A stretch of 64,000 nucleotides of DNA from the human T2T-CHM13v2.0 reference genome, Homo sapiens. The notes under the pieces are model-generated. The model had not been told where the DNA came from and did not search any database. It saw only the letters and a list, made by a program, of their open reading frames with translations. The position numbers and the translations under genes were made by a program. Every line of letters starts with the position of its first letter. Position 1 is the stretch's first letter. The stretch lies in the NCBI RefSeq assembly GCF_009914755.1, contig NC_060932.1; one strand, written 5' to 3'. This document shows, piece by piece, positions 41,286-58,215 of this stretch.

Positions 41286-43839
41286 TAAAACTATACAGAG
41301 AGAGAAAGAGACATAGGATAAGCATAAACACAGATGTAATTCAGTGTAAGAATTTCAAGGACAGAGAACACACACAGGAAAAAGAAAATGTTAAAAAAAA
41401 ATGCTCTCCTCACACATGCCCTGCCAGGGACACTAAAATGGCCTACTGTTTCTGGATGAAGGCAGTATTTTTACCTTGGTTAAAATTACACTGACTCATG
41501 GGAAGCCGTCTGAGAGCCCTCAGGTGAGTTAGATACCCTTGGAGGAGCTTCCCACAGCCTCTACTGAAATCACTACAACGTGTTAAAATTATATCTAGAT
41601 CAGGAATCTCTGAGCTCCCACCATCATCTAGAAATTCGTTGATGGTGTTTTATTATGAGTTTTTACACGCCTTTTATTAAAAGAGAATAAAACCTTGGAA
41701 GAAATTGGACACTCTGATACTGTGTTTATTCTTAAATGAAACATATATGTGAGAGATCTTCTCAGATCCGCAAATAAAATGTCATTGTTTTTAATGGTAA
41801 TTTGTATTGTAGAGCTAATATAATTTACTTAACTAGTGAGAGTTATTGATAGTCTACATTTATATACTTAGACATCTTTGAATTTTCAAACATTATCAAA
41901 ATGAAACAAAAAGCATTCCTTTACATTTATTTTGTCATATTTGAATGCATATTTGTAGAATACATTCTTAGCTAGAATTTCTGAATGAAAAGTTTGTACT
42001 TTATTTTGAGAAAAATTTCAAAATATCTATACAAAAATGTTGCAGCAATTTAATATCCTACCAATAGACATGAAAACATGTTTTCAATATCCTCAAAAAC
42101 GCTGTTACTAAAATGTGAAGGTATGCCCATTCAGAATGGCGAGCTATCATACTGCATTGTTTTAACTTGGTTCGAATATACTTACTGGCACAAATGTATT
42201 GTATTTGGACTCCTTACGTATATTTTACCTGCTTTTCAATTGAAGGATTATTTAAAATTTTCTTGTAGCTCTAGAAGTGCATCTTACAAATTAAGAGAAA
42301 CAATTCTTTGTCTTTCATACTTATTAGAAATATTTTAACTTGTCGTTTGCCTTTTGAATGTTAAGTTTTAGGAAGTCCAATTTTTCATTCAGTTTTATAT
42401 GTGATTTCTAAATTACGTGTCCTGCCTAGAAAGACACTTAGACAATATTTATCATTTTTATTTTCCATATTAATATTTACATTGGTGATCTAACATATTT
42501 ATTTTGCTACAAACAGCAAAGACTAGATTTACTATTTTATAAAACAGTGTCAACATTCAGATTTTCATGACCAAATCAAGAAGATATCTTTGTCTGCTAA
42601 TAATAGTGTCATGTTGCAAACTATGTGGCTGTCTGCTTGTTCTTCTGTTCCCTTTGTGTAAATCTGAATGCTTTTCCTTAGGCTTTAACTTTCTAAGAGG
42701 AATATCCCAGGAAGCTCCTTCTCTCTAGCCAACCGCAATATTTGAATACTTTTCCACACACCTGTATTTACAAATGCCTAAAATACTTCTCTGCCCATAT
42801 TAGTATGGTTTTGCTGCTTTTTAAAAAAAGCCAAGATATGGAAGTGAACCATCCGTTTTTAGCTACCGCAAAACACACCACCACAGCATGAGGAGGTAGT
42901 TGTCTGAATTCACATGCCTGTCAAAACTTCCTCATAGTATTGCAAACATAATTATTATCTCTCTTACATGTTTTCTTATTTTATCACAGAATTTCTAATT
43001 ACTAGTCATTTTATCCTTTTTCTTAACAAATAAGCACACAGCAAATACACACACACACACACACTCTCACAGTTGTTGTCAACTAAGGCTGCATATTAAT
43101 ATCACTTAGGGAAGGAGAGAATTAGGTATAAACATGATGAGAGCCCAATCTCACCCTTGAATCTCTGAATTAATTGGTCTTCTCCTTCTCTCTAGACAAC
43201 TGCAAATACTCAAAAACAAAACAAAACAAAAACGAAAAACAAACAAAAAACAAAAACAAAAATACTCAAACTTAACCAGTAATGATTGAGCTTACCTAGG
43301 GGTCACTAATTTAAAGCATATGTTGACAAGAGCAATTTGAAAGATACATTGAGGAAAATTACATTTTATTTCATCATCCTAAAATCTGTAGGTAGAATAG
43401 TGACAAAATCACCTAATTATGGGAACATTATAGGTTTATCTGAGTGGACCAAACACCTCTGCTGTCCACCTCTGGTGCCCTCACTAAGGTACAATAACCT
43501 GTTGAACCAGGTTTCTAAGCATTGATGGGTTTCTGTGATGTGTCATCTGTGCTCCAGTTAAGAAGTCACCTCTGTGTGACAAGCTCTTCCACTGCTACTT
43601 CCCTGGAACTATCCAGGCCCTGGTTCTGGGATCCTCCCTCACCCTGTGCTGGTCATATTTGCTGGTCACTGTCCCAGTCCTGACTGCACGGCTGCCCCAG
43701 TGCCATCAATAAGAAGTCAAAACATGTGTGGTGTTCATATGAGGCTGGTGTCCCTATAAAAGCTTTGACAGTGGCTTCACCCTGTGATTATCAATCTTAA
43801 CCAGACATCACTCACTAGCCAAGCTAAAAATAAAATGAA

Positions 43840-44174
<335 letters not shown>

Positions 44175-45019
44175 TCAGTCCATTGATCTGTGAATGGCTC
44201 CCTTAGGACCTTGTAGCAACTATGGAGACAGAAAAGCAGAATTTAGGCAATGCTAGGTCTCTAGTCTAATATGATCCTAATGTAATTGAGACCCTTTCTT
44301 TAGCCCTCATATGTCTATAAGTTCTAAATATCACCAGATATATTTTATGTTAGGTAGGTTTTGTCATGGTGTGTAACCTAACTATCCACAATAAAACTGT
44401 TTTTAAAAATATTTAATGCATTCAAAAGCATTATTACTGTTTAAGAAAACTGGAAAACCTATTCTATTTTAACAACACTTATTCATGATTTTCTGATTTT
44501 AATGGCCCTATCACATTCACCTCTAACCTCTTCATTATCAGCATTGCAGAAAATTAGGGGTAATCTTGTTAAAGTTAGAAAGACCGAGGAACTCGAGATA
44601 AATGCCAAAGCTATTTCCCTAGGCCTTGTATTTTACAATAATCATGAATTAATATATCCTGATTTTCTATATTGAGTGGTAAAATCTCCCTTCATAGATT
44701 CGCCTTTATTCACTTTCTGACTTTCTAAGGAGTTTCTCTTAGACCTTTGATATAATAATTTTATCACAGTTGGAAATAGATGTCAACGTCAATTGTTTCT
44801 GATTTGGGACAAGTAAATAAAACTTCAAATTTAGAAAACATGTACCAATTATCAGTCACCACATGGGATGGTTGACTCACATTCATTTAGGAGAGAGTTA
44901 CATTAAGTCACGTTGGGTTCCGTGCACAGTGGCAGGGATGAGTTGCCCTGAATCAGGAATAATGTAATTCAAAATTGCCCCACGAACACTTATTGACGAT
45001 GTGAAAGTCAACATATCTT

Positions 45020-45297
<278 letters not shown>

Positions 45298-46006
45298 TCA
45301 AGACGTTGGTAATCACAGGAGAAGACACATTCAGGGCACATTTCTTGGCCTCAGAGGATTATGTTCTATTAGACATCTGAATGTACAAAGATATACAAGC
45401 CCCGAGCCCCATTGCGAGGTAACTTCAGGGCAGGTGTGAGTTCAAAGGAGTACAGGCTTCCAATTGCAGTAGGTGGCCAGTGTTACAGGAGTTCATGCAC
45501 ACAAAGAAAATGTATGTGGGTTGTTGTTTGGAATGCCTAGGGAAGATTTCCTGAAATAAATATAATGTGCACTGGGTTTTGAAAGACGCATACTATTCAG
45601 ACCGGTAGAGGGAGAGGCCGGGAATAAGAGGACAACATTCTCTTGTAAGGTCAGGTCAAGGAGTAACCCACAGATCTGTGCAACTGAACAAGGATACTTT
45701 TCAGGGGACAAACGGGAGGGACTGAAGGACAGAATGCAGTTTGGAGTCCGATCATGGAGTTTCTTGAATTTCAGGGTCATGGGTACTAGAACTGTTTATG
45801 TTGCCGGAGATAGAAGCCAGGGCTAGGACAGCAGCAGATGTGTCAGTGTTCCCGAGAGGGGAGCCTGGGGCAGGAAAGGATCGTGCATTGGTCTATGTGA
45901 ACGCTCAGGACAGCCTGTGCCAGGACAGGAGCCTTCGTAGGAACATTTACTATTAGGATCAAAACAGGCTGTGGTTAATGGAAAGGTGTTTTTTTATGTG
46001 TTCGTT

Positions 46007-46307
46007 TGTTTCTTTGTTTTTTTTTGATGGAGTTTCAGTCTGTCCCCCAGGCTGGAGTGCAGTGGTGCGATCTCGGCTCACTGAAAGCTCCGCCTCCCCA
46101 GTTCACACCAGTCTCCTGCCTCAGCCTCCCTAGTAGCTGGGACTACAGGCGCCCACCACCACGCCCAGCTAATTTTTTTTTGTATTTTTAGTAGAGATGG
46201 GGTTTCACCGTGTTAGCCAGGATGGTCTCGATCTACTGACCTCGTGATCCAACTGCCTCGGCCTCCCAAAGTGCTGGGATTACAGGTAAGAGCCGCCATG
46301 CCAGGCC
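46007..46307 (-). mobile_element. AluY
   Basis: gtgttagccaggatggtctcgatct and aagctccgcc Y diagnostics. Confidence 0.93.
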
Positions 46308-46310
46308 TAC

Positions 46311-46619
<309 letters not shown>

Positions 46620-49559
46620 CAAGACATGTTAAAAAATAAGCATTTTGGGATTTGGTGACTGCATGGTTGGACCTTAGTGGAGACTGGGAAGCAAGAGGAA
46701 ATGCAGAGTCAATAAAGTTCAGCTGTTTAAAACAGCAACCACCTGACAGGTCATTAAAAAAAAAAAAACAATGAAGAGATGCTTTAATTCTAAATAACAC
46801 AAAGATCAGATTTTTCATTTTGAATTTTGAGTCCAAATTTCTTCCTTGTGCTTACCAAGAGAGGACTCATTTCAGCTCTCAATATCCACATCATTAAAAT
46901 TTAGTTTATTGATGGGTGCCCAAATCATATATGTATTGTTGGTGTGTTTGTACTAAAGAAATAATCCAAGATGATAATATAAAGGATATATTAATTTTTT
47001 AACTCTAAATGTTTTTACATATGTAAATAATAGTATATTTCTGACTAAAGTTCCAGTTACAAGGTAAGCATCAATAATTCTAAAGTATATATTCTGTTTT
47101 GTCAGCTGGGGATTAAATCTGCCTCTTAAGTTTATTTCGAAAAAAAATATTACAGTGGTTATGTGATAGAAATTTATTGATACTAAAAATGCTCAAGTTG
47201 TTTAACAGAAAAACTGTTTTGGTATTTCAGTTAATGCACATTTTAAACTTCTAAAAATAGCTTTTGTGCAACAATAAAACAACAACACACCAAGACAGCT
47301 CTAAGCAATAACTTTTGTGACATCTCAGTTATCAGCAGCTCCTACATCAATCCTCCCACAAAAGAATCCGTCCTTTGAATTCTAGAGCTGCCTTAAGTGT
47401 TGCTACTTAATTGCGTTTGAGAAATAAACAACTGTTTCAAGGCATAATGGGAAACGAATAGCATTAGAGTGCTCCCTTTCCCGATTAATTAGAATTTGCT
47501 ACTATTTATAACTACTTTCCCCATCAACTCATCCTGAATGTTGAAAGAGAAAACACCTCCTCATGTGTTTTCCCTGACAACACACCCATTCCAATTTCAC
47601 ATCTCTATTTATTTCACCTTTTGTAATAGTAGAGACCTGTAACACTCAGTAGTCATTGGGCGTTTTTCCGATTTGTATTACAGTACTCTAAACGGTTCCC
47701 AAAGAAATCACTCTGCACTCCTCGAACGTCTCCTCAAAATGGCACTCTACGTATGAGGATAGGAGGAAGAAATATAAAATGGAATATCAAGATGAAAGCA
47801 ACATCCTAACTCTAAGGACAATAAACAAGTAGAAATATGACATATTTTTCTCTATTTCAAACAAAAAATTGTCGGTAACTGAGTGATTCATATGAACCCA
47901 AGTAGTCTCTTTCTTATCAACCTCCCTTGCTTCCTGTACTAAAGATAACCCAGCAAGTAAAAGAAAAAAACATTCTGTTGTACATACAACTCACAATAAA
48001 GCTCTCTGAGGCACAGGTATCAATTTATTTACTGTTCACTCAAACTCCAAAATGAAATATGTTTCTAATTGTTCTAACTTAATATTTCCGCTGTCGATCC
48101 TGTTATAATATTGAAGATGGTAAGAATGTTGTTTTATATTTATTAATATAAAATGATCATAATAGTACCATAAGACCATAAGAGATAATACATTATTGAA
48201 AGACATACCTGTCAGTCAAATTAAGACAGGTTTTCTATATATGAAAGAACTAGAGTAAATAAAAATATTGAGAGAAAGAAAATGGAAATATTTTTAAGAG
48301 AGCATATTTTTAACAAGCATTTTTTAATGGAAAGGTAAAGTCATAATTTTAACGTAGAGTCACACACATTGGCATTTGAATAAAATGGATTGTCTAATTC
48401 TTTTTTCTGTAACTCTGCAGTTTTTATTACCATTATAATACACTACTATACCCTAGTAGCGTTGATAATTGACAACAAAAAAAGTAACTGGCTTTTAAAG
48501 AGCATAAATTATTTAAGAAAGCCTACATCAAATTAGCAAGTATTGTATATGTAGATACTTTGTTCAAATACTAACACATAAGACCATAAATGTAATAAAA
48601 GGACAGAGGAAAGCTTACCTGTTTCAGAAAAGAGACGGCCATTCTACTATGTATGAAAGGTAAGCATGCTACTAAAAACAGATAATAGATATTGTAGATG
48701 ACTCAGAAAAAAAACTAGGTGTTTGAAAATGGGTGAAAAAATGCAAATAAAATATATTTGAAAATATATTAATGAATATATTTTGTATTTAACCTATTAG
48801 TTATGTAGCATATATGGACATATTATAAACTAGATGTACACATAAAATTGTGTTTTCTGTAGAGATTTTTTTCTCATCCCATAAAATAATAAATGAAGCA
48901 TATGATTCTTGTGTGTATTACTGTTGGCATTAACATCAGTAATCTATATAAGTTAATTTTGTTAGGAAAATCTGATTTCTTTGGAAGGGATATTCCTTCT
49001 TCCTTTGCCAAATTGAAAACAAAAAGTAGATACAGACGTACAGGTATAATTTTTTCTTGTTGACAATTGAAAAAATATAATTTAAAAATGATACCAGGAA
49101 ATGTTTTGCTTTCTTCATTGTAAAAACTATAGATCAAAAGAGAAAACCAATTACGAATAGATTGTACCATTATTGTCTAAACCACAAATTCTCCAAAGAA
49201 TGCAATAGCCCTGAGTGTTGTTCCCTCACCCACCTCCTATGTTCCTTTCACTGAATATATTCTCTGACAACATAAGGGTTCATTTTGTTCTGATTAGCTG
49301 AATTGTACTCAAGAATTTATCTTTGTTCTTTTTCTCTCAAACTCACAGTTGCTTAAAAACAATGGTGTATTATAATTTTATTTAAATTACCTTGACAACT
49401 CTGTTTCACAGATCTTGAACAATATATCTATAAACAAAGTCAGTGATAACTTTCAATAAAAAGTTAAATTTTTAAGTATAGAAAAAGTATGCACAATTTG
49501 CCACAAGTTGATAGACTTCAAGTTTTCTGTATAGTAACTGTATTTTTCTTTTCTGGTAA

Positions 49560-50013
49560 TGAGGGGTGAAGCCAGCTGGACTTCTTGCATTGAGTGGGGA
49601 CTTGGAGAACTTTTCTGTCTTACAAGAGGATTGTAAAATGCACCAATCAGCACTCTGTAAAACACACCAATCAGCGCTCTGTAAAATGCACCAATCAGCG
49701 CTCTATAAAACACACCAATCAGCAGGATCGTAAAAGTAGCCAATCACACGGAGGATTGAAAAAAGGGCATTCCGATAGGACAGAAATGGAACATGGGAGG
49801 GGACAAATAAGGGCACAAAAGCAGCCCAACGGGTTGGTCTCCCTTGCCGTGCTGTGGAAACTTTATTCGCTCTTAGCAATAAACCTTGCTACCACTAACT
49901 CTTTGTTTCCCTGCCATCTTTAAGAGCTGGAAAACTCACCCCAAAGGTCTGTGGCTTCATTCTTGAAGTCAGCGAGGCCACGAACCCACCGGAAGGAACC
50001 AACTCCGGACACA
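49560..50013 (+). mobile_element. LTR12-family (ERV9) solo LTR
   Basis: tgaggggtgaagccagctggacttc start, tandem caccaatcagcactctgtaaaa units, ends aactccggacaca; near 4-bp TSD gtaa/ataa. Confidence 0.93.
49643..49744 (+). promoter_or_regulatory. Array of five CCAAT (NF-Y-type) boxes in LTR12 U3
   Basis: CCAAT at 49643, 49667, 49691, 49715 and 49740 (spacing 24, 24, 24, 25). Confidence 0.75.
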
Positions 50014-50098
50014 ATAATAAAATTTAAATATTCCAACTAGATTTCAGAATCTGTGTATTCAAACAGTGCTAACTGTAATATAAAAAGTTGATACCTTA

Positions 50099-50347
<249 letters not shown>

Positions 50348-50403
50348 TTATTCTGGCCATCTTTAATCTGTGATTTAAAAAATTTCTAAACACTTTAGCC
50401 AAG

Positions 50404-50705
<302 letters not shown>

Positions 50706-53700
50706 TAGCCAATTTTTCCAACATTTTATAATTCTTGCACAAATATTGAAGGATAAATTAAGTGTTCTGCAGTGCTGAAAGATAGAGGACAACAACAAAT
50801 TAAAAGAAAATATGCAACATTTTGTAACTAATATTAGAAGTTTAGGGAAGTTCTTTATCCTGTCACTTTAAAATACAGCCTCATCAATATCAAATTTCAG
50901 TTCATGGGGGAACAAATTTGGTGCTATCTACATAGTATCATGCTTAAAACACTCCACCCTAAATTCTTTGTTGGTGGAAACTAAGTTACAGAAGAATAAA
51001 CATTATAAAACTATATACATACACACCTAGCCACATAACTGCAATATGTGGTAATAAGAATAGTTAGAAAAAAACAAGGTCAATACGCCAGTGATTGATC
51101 GGTGCCTGTGCTGGCAAATGTCTTACTGGGCAGAAGAATAACATATGCATAAAGGAAGCTTATCAAGTTGAAAATAAAAGACATAAAACAAGGTAAGTTA
51201 AATGACGCTAAAATGAAAGAGCAGCTCAGCAAAACGAGGACTGTAACAACATCCTCACTATTGATGTCTACCCGTTCACACAGGCAGGACTTAGGAGGTG
51301 GAGCAGAAAGGAAGGTGTACCACAAAATGAGGGGACCAAGTAAAGAAAAGGCTCAGAGTTCCAAAGAGCAGTAAGTAAGCAGTAAGTGAATTAGCTTAGT
51401 CCCTAAGCAGGACAGCAGGACATCTCACGTTTTACTCAGCCCTCCCTTAAGAACTTCCCTTTGGCAGGTGGAATTGGGATCACCCTGAGGGTTTAGGATT
51501 GACATGACAATGGGAAATGATGAGGGCTGAAGGGCAATTGAGTGCCACAAAGCCACCTTGAAGCCACTGAGCAGTGTCTGAGGAACTGATTTCATTCTGC
51601 CTCTGCCTCTGAAGATTTTGTGTTATTGATTCTAACAAAGCACTTCTCAGGTGACTCCCAGACTGCTGGAGTAGTTCGAAAGAATAGAACCCTTGAGTAA
51701 ATTGTAGGCCCCAGGCTTCCTGCAAGAACCAAGCGCTGAAAGAACAGCTCTGGGAGATTAGTAACAGCTGCACACCTGACCCACCTATTCTATTTTTACC
51801 ACTAGACAAACTGAAATGCCTGCCTTGTCAGCCTCACCGATGCATTTCATTTCCGCTACTCCTGATCTTCATCCACCTACTTTGCAGGGTGATTCCCTAC
51901 TTGCCTGTTTCAGCCCTTCCCCTTCCCAAGTTACTTCCCACATACAAGCTCTCCGTGCCATGCTAATTTGGTCCCTGTGGTTGTCAATTTTTTTTTTTTT
52001 TTTTTTTGGTCTGTTCAGTTACCTGTAACAGTCTGCCTCTGATGGCCATGCCTGGGCCAATCCAACTGAAGCAAGAGGAGCCAAAGCTGAAAACGGGGCA
52101 GACAGATCGTTGGAAGTGTGCTCTCATAAACACACTCTGCTCATGTACCCTGTAAATATTACTATCCTGTAAGGGAATAGGATAACCCACTCAAACCCTT
52201 CCAACATTTCGTTTGTCTGAGGTTAGCTGTTAAGTAGCTCGCAAAAACTGTCTATGTTTCTTACCTTCTTAATATGCCCATTTCCCACTAATGTGCTTTA
52301 AATGTATTTAAATGTTTTGACACTAAAAATATTGAGAAAGTTTTGAAGGGACCTGGGTGTACTCAGATTGTGGCATGTAGTGTAAGTACTTGAATACAAG
52401 TATTATCTCAGCTCTTATTGTTAAAGTACAAATAGAAAATTATTTTCAACTACATTTTATACTTAAAAAGTATTTTACAACAGTAGACCTCAGTGAGCTC
52501 AAATCATTCACAGTAATATTATCAAATGCTTGTGGGAGTTGGCAAAATCTTAATAAAAAGATTTAATGAAAGGGATTTATGAGTTTAAAACCAGAGAACT
52601 AATAAAAAGCCCATTTTCCACTAAATTTAAGTCCAATAATAACACTGTAACAAGTAAATATTAAAGCTGTGGGGTTTTGAAAGGTTTTTAAAGAAAATAG
52701 CTTGTCTGCTTTACGAGTAATTCTTGCTTAACAGTAAATCAAAAAAAGGGAAGACTTGATTATAAATTGGAAAAAAGAAAAATCAGTTCAACAGAAAAAC
52801 GTCAACTGGAAAGTAGTTACTGTTATAGACCCATCAGGTTGAATCAGATGAACAGATATGAAGATTTCCTCAAGGAATAACATTTAGGCTGCATTCAGGG
52901 TACTAATGAGTACAGTGCATGTTGCTGAATGAGTCACATTTGATCCATTCATTGACATTCCATAGCACCGGTTAGAAATTTTGGCAACTGCTCAAAAGTT
53001 CTTAGCAGAATGAATATCATCGTTGGCTGTCCAGTGCAAACAACCAAGAAGTTTTTAAAGTATCTATGCCTAAGATAGAATCGGATGTATTTGGTCTGCA
53101 ACTTAATACTGCATCTTATTATAAAGCCACCGTGATTAAAGCAGTGTTTGATTGGTGTAAGCCTAAATAGCCAGTGGAACAGAATAGAAAGCCATAAAAT
53201 CCACAAAGATATAGAATCTAGATTTAAAGCTAATATGGTAGTCCTCTTTTCTCTTGGATCTTATACTCTAATGGGCCCTTGCCTACTATAGAGTATGCAC
53301 AAATATTCTATACATGTTTTCTTTTTAAACGATGTACATCTAAGCTTAATGTAAATGATGTCCTTAAGTACAGCTTCAAACAAGTGGATTATTTTAATTG
53401 AATATTCTTAATGGACAACTTTTAAATGCTGCAAACATAACCATATTTCAACATGTTGTTTAACATGAATCCCTTGTAAGTACCTTTGTAATTTGTATTT
53501 CTTCAGGGCAATAAAATAATCGGTAGTTTCTGTGATAATTGTAATGTTTTAGTTAAAATTAAGATGTTATTTTACAGGGATTGAAACCTTAATTATTGCT
53601 AAAAAAAAAAAAAAAAAGTCTAATGGTCTTCTTCCTCCATAAACTGACACCGGAAGTCACCCTGAAATAAAATATCAATATCAATGGCAATATCAATGGT

Positions 53701-53807
53701 AAAAAAGAAGTATATATATATGTATGTGTATATTTTTCCTAGTGATACTGAAGTTTGATTTCAATTTCAATTTCGATTTCAATTTCATATATATATATAT
53801 GAACACA

Positions 53808-53899
53808 CTCTGTGATGTGTATTTTGGTATGCATGCAATTACACATATACCAAAATACACATCTGTAATTGCATGGATACCAAAATACACATCACAGAG
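53808..53899. repeat. Inverted repeat, 36-bp arms, 20-nt loop
   Basis: 53808-53843 vs 53864-53899, one mismatch. Confidence 0.93.
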
Positions 53900-56804
53900 A
53901 AACATACATGCAACATTGTGCATACAGATGTTTTTGCTGCTATAATTCAAACAAACTTCCAAGAGAAAACCTGAACACATGCCATAATTTTAGGCAACTG
54001 GAATCTAAATCATCTGTTACCGAAATAATAATATACGAAACATCTGGCTCCTATCTAAAGTAATCAGCAGAATGTTAGATATAGAAGAATCAGAGAGTTA
54101 GTTTTTTTGCAGATTTCTACTCCTTAGATAAGTCCTTAATACCACAACCTTCCATACACAGAGTTAACTTCAGTCATTTTTAAATTCTGTCTTATACTGT
54201 TGGACTGAGGTTCTGTTTTCAAACTACATTTTCACATATACTCTTTGTTGACCGTCTAAGTAGCCACACATCATGATTTTTACAAGGATGGAAGAACAAG
54301 TGAAAATGAAGTAAGTTGTCCAAAGTCTTCTGGGAATGAATCAAGGTCTTCTGACACCAAAGCCTAGAGCCGTCCCACCAAACCCAGTTATATCTCCACG
54401 AACAAACACAGCAGGCAACCCAGTGCATTACAGACCTCATGTATGGTGATCGAGTCATAACATATATCACAATAAATACCTTAGATCACAAAATAAAATG
54501 GTGAGTAAATACAGACATTCGGAAAATCTAGATATGTAGGGACTCTAAATTCTGTCGTTCTTTAAAACTAATCAATGCCCATTGAAGGAAAAAAAAGTGA
54601 AAGTATTAAGTAGCAATTGGAAACATAAACATCACTCATAGTCTTATTACCAAAGATAATTATTGCTAACATTTTGCTGAACACTTTTCTAATCTACAGT
54701 TAATGTTGCAATACTACCTGGCATGCAAGATGTGAACAATTTGGATTTGGATTAAATACTTGCCAGTCCTGCAGGAACCAGTAAGAACTGACCTACGAAG
54801 TGCCTTGCTTTGGAGGTGACCTGGTCAGCCTGTAGGTGCTACTCTCTATCCTGTGAAGGTCCAGGTCTGCAAGATGGGCAAGTGCTCGGCAAGGAGCCTA
54901 TAGGACTACTTGTTCGGGGCCCCGGTGAGCCATGGAGTTGATGGTTGGTTATACAGCAGTGCCCCTCTTGGAGGCCGGAAAACACATTCCAGTAAAGGCA
55001 GGGCTCACTGTGTCCTATGACAATTTTCTACTTTGAAAGCCTGTCTCAGAAACACCCAGCTTAGAAAATGGCCCTGTGCCCTCATCATTTCTGAGATGAA
55101 CTAACCCCTCCACTCTGAACACCCCCCTACAGTTGGTTGGCTCCTCTCCCGGGCTGTTGCTCTGTAATTCGTGCTGCTGTATAGCAGTGGCACATACTTT
55201 TCCTAGAAAGTAGCAGCTGAGATGATTCATCTGTGATCCAAACTGATTCATTGTGAGCATTTGAGGAGTGAAGGTATCATAAACAAACGCCTTCCTAGAT
55301 TCTACACCTGGATGAAACTGTGCTGTTTCTCTCAGTCCTGGGCTGGGTGGGCATTCTCAGAAAGTAGTAGAGGTGGACATAATATTTAAAAACTGGTGTG
55401 CCAAATATGTTCTACTACCTCATTTAATTCGTGCACAGCCTTTGAAGTGGGGTGTGTAGCTTAGCCTTTGCTTTGCTAGCTGTGAAAATAATTACTTGGG
55501 TAATGCTTTATGATGAGGGAATGGTTTTGCTATTCAAAACCTCTGTCTGAGAGCAAATGTTTGGACATCAAAGATATTTTGACATGTAATTGGGTTTAGG
55601 GACTTAGAAAGATGTGGACTATACTGTTCTGTATGTGGAGACAGCCATGCAGGGAAATGATACTCTGTAGCAAATTCTACAAACGAGGAAACGAGTCATT
55701 TGAGAAATGATGGACAGGACTGCAGAGGAACAGTCTGGAGATGAAAAGACTTGGGAATGTATAATTGTCTCCAACTCTGGGGCCTGATATCATTTGAAAG
55801 CGTATATAGATTTGTGTGTAAATAGAGTCCAGGCAGAAGCCATATTATCATCTGAACAGTATGTCTCATTGGAGATAAACATCAAAAACAGCCTTTGTGG
55901 TTTTTATCCCGTTTGCAAAAAGCCCAGATCACCACACTGGCTCCTTTCTAAAACAACATCATTGGTGGAAAAATAAACCTTACATATTTATTACACTCAG
56001 GGGCAGTGTCGATCCTTTTACTACATCTATTTTGTGAAAATGACAATTTATGGTTTTCATGTCTATATAAATTACTGTGTAAACGAGAACTTGATTACTT
56101 TCTGACAGGCAGATTTTTGACCTCCAAAGCATCTTTCATTTTTGACATTTTTGTAGTCAATTTATATTGTATACCTGTTGGCTTTTCTGGAACACTAAAC
56201 ATTGCCTTACTCCTACTGGACGTAGCTATCAAGCAACTCTCAAGTAAAAAACATAAAATAAAGAAAAAATAAAATAATATAAAATAAAATGGTCCATTGC
56301 GATTTTCAGTGAATTTTTTAATTTAAGAGCTAAGGAGTACGACAGACTTCTAAGTGGCTCTGGAATTTGAAATAGTGAGAGGCCTCAGATTTCAATGAAG
56401 GAAGTGGAAGTTTCCCTGATCAGATAAGCGCTGTTTGAAACGGTAAACAAATCAAATATGCATTAAATTCTGCATTATCTTCTACAGTTTCAGGGGTTAT
56501 TCCAGGGTCTGCATTATGGGGAAAATAATTAATTGTGGAAGGACCATGATTTAAAGTGCCGTTCCGGGGACTTCGATTAAGGGTTTTCAGAATTAAAGTC
56601 TTCAGGCATTTTGCAGGAACACCATGCCCTGTAGGAGGCTTTGAAAGCCTGATGATTCTCAGATCACCTGGAGCTACTGACATCAGCCACTCTGGCTCAG
56701 CGCCCTAGGGTACTTGGTTGGGTTTTACTCCCAAACACTTATGGGAGATTACTCACTACATGAGCAAAGAAGAAAAGTAAAAATGCCAGAGGCAGCCTGC
56801 CTGA

Positions 56805-57443
<639 letters not shown>

Positions 57444-58178
57444 GCCTACACTATTGTATTCCCTTATAGCATTTATAACTTTGTGAAATATCCTATTTAC
57501 TTGCTTACGCATTGATGATCTCTTTCTACACTAAAATGTAAACCTTCCAAGAGTGAAGATAATGATTGGCTTGTTTATATGCCCATTTCTAGAATAGTGC
57601 CTGCTAGTTGACATTCAATTGTTGAAGCCTGTGGGTGAGTTTGAGTGCATGTGTGGGAGGTAGAGGTGGTCGGACAAATTAAATCTCTGTGCACACTCAC
57701 AGGGAAGCAGGGAAAGCAGTGGTACTTGAAAGAACTATAAATCTGTATTCTGGTTAGTGATTACTTAAAACATTAGGATGCAGGTGATATTTTAATTCCA
57801 AAAGCAGAGTTGCTATTCTCTCAACCCTGTTCAGCAGCCTGATTGTCGAAAGCTCCTTAAATACTCCCTGCTTTATGGGAAGCTAATTTTTCTCCTACAT
57901 GCTGTTCCTATGGACGTTGGCATCTCTGCTTTTTCCTTCTAGACAGGGGTCATCATTCCGGGCAAGACAAGGCTGCCATGAGTCAGAACTGGAACCTCAC
58001 GGATATGATGTCAATGTTGTTCCCTCTGCTGTTGCCCCCAGGGGAGGCAGCTTTAGTTAACTCCAGCAATGTAATGTTTTCACGTACTGAGAAATTGTTG
58101 CATTAATGGTAATAAAGTCATTCAATGTGTACCCACTCTGAAAAGACAAATTGCCAAGACAGCAGGTGTAGTGCAGGG

Positions 58179-58180
<2 letters not shown>

Positions 58181-58211
<31 letters not shown>
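58181..58211. repeat. Poly(A)31
   Basis: 31 consecutive A. Confidence 0.97.

Positions 58212-58215
<4 letters not shown>

Noticed and set aside
41116-41494. Overlapping Y/I/H/T-rich ORFs (also 117-308)
   Set aside because: Translations of TA/CA microsatellites.
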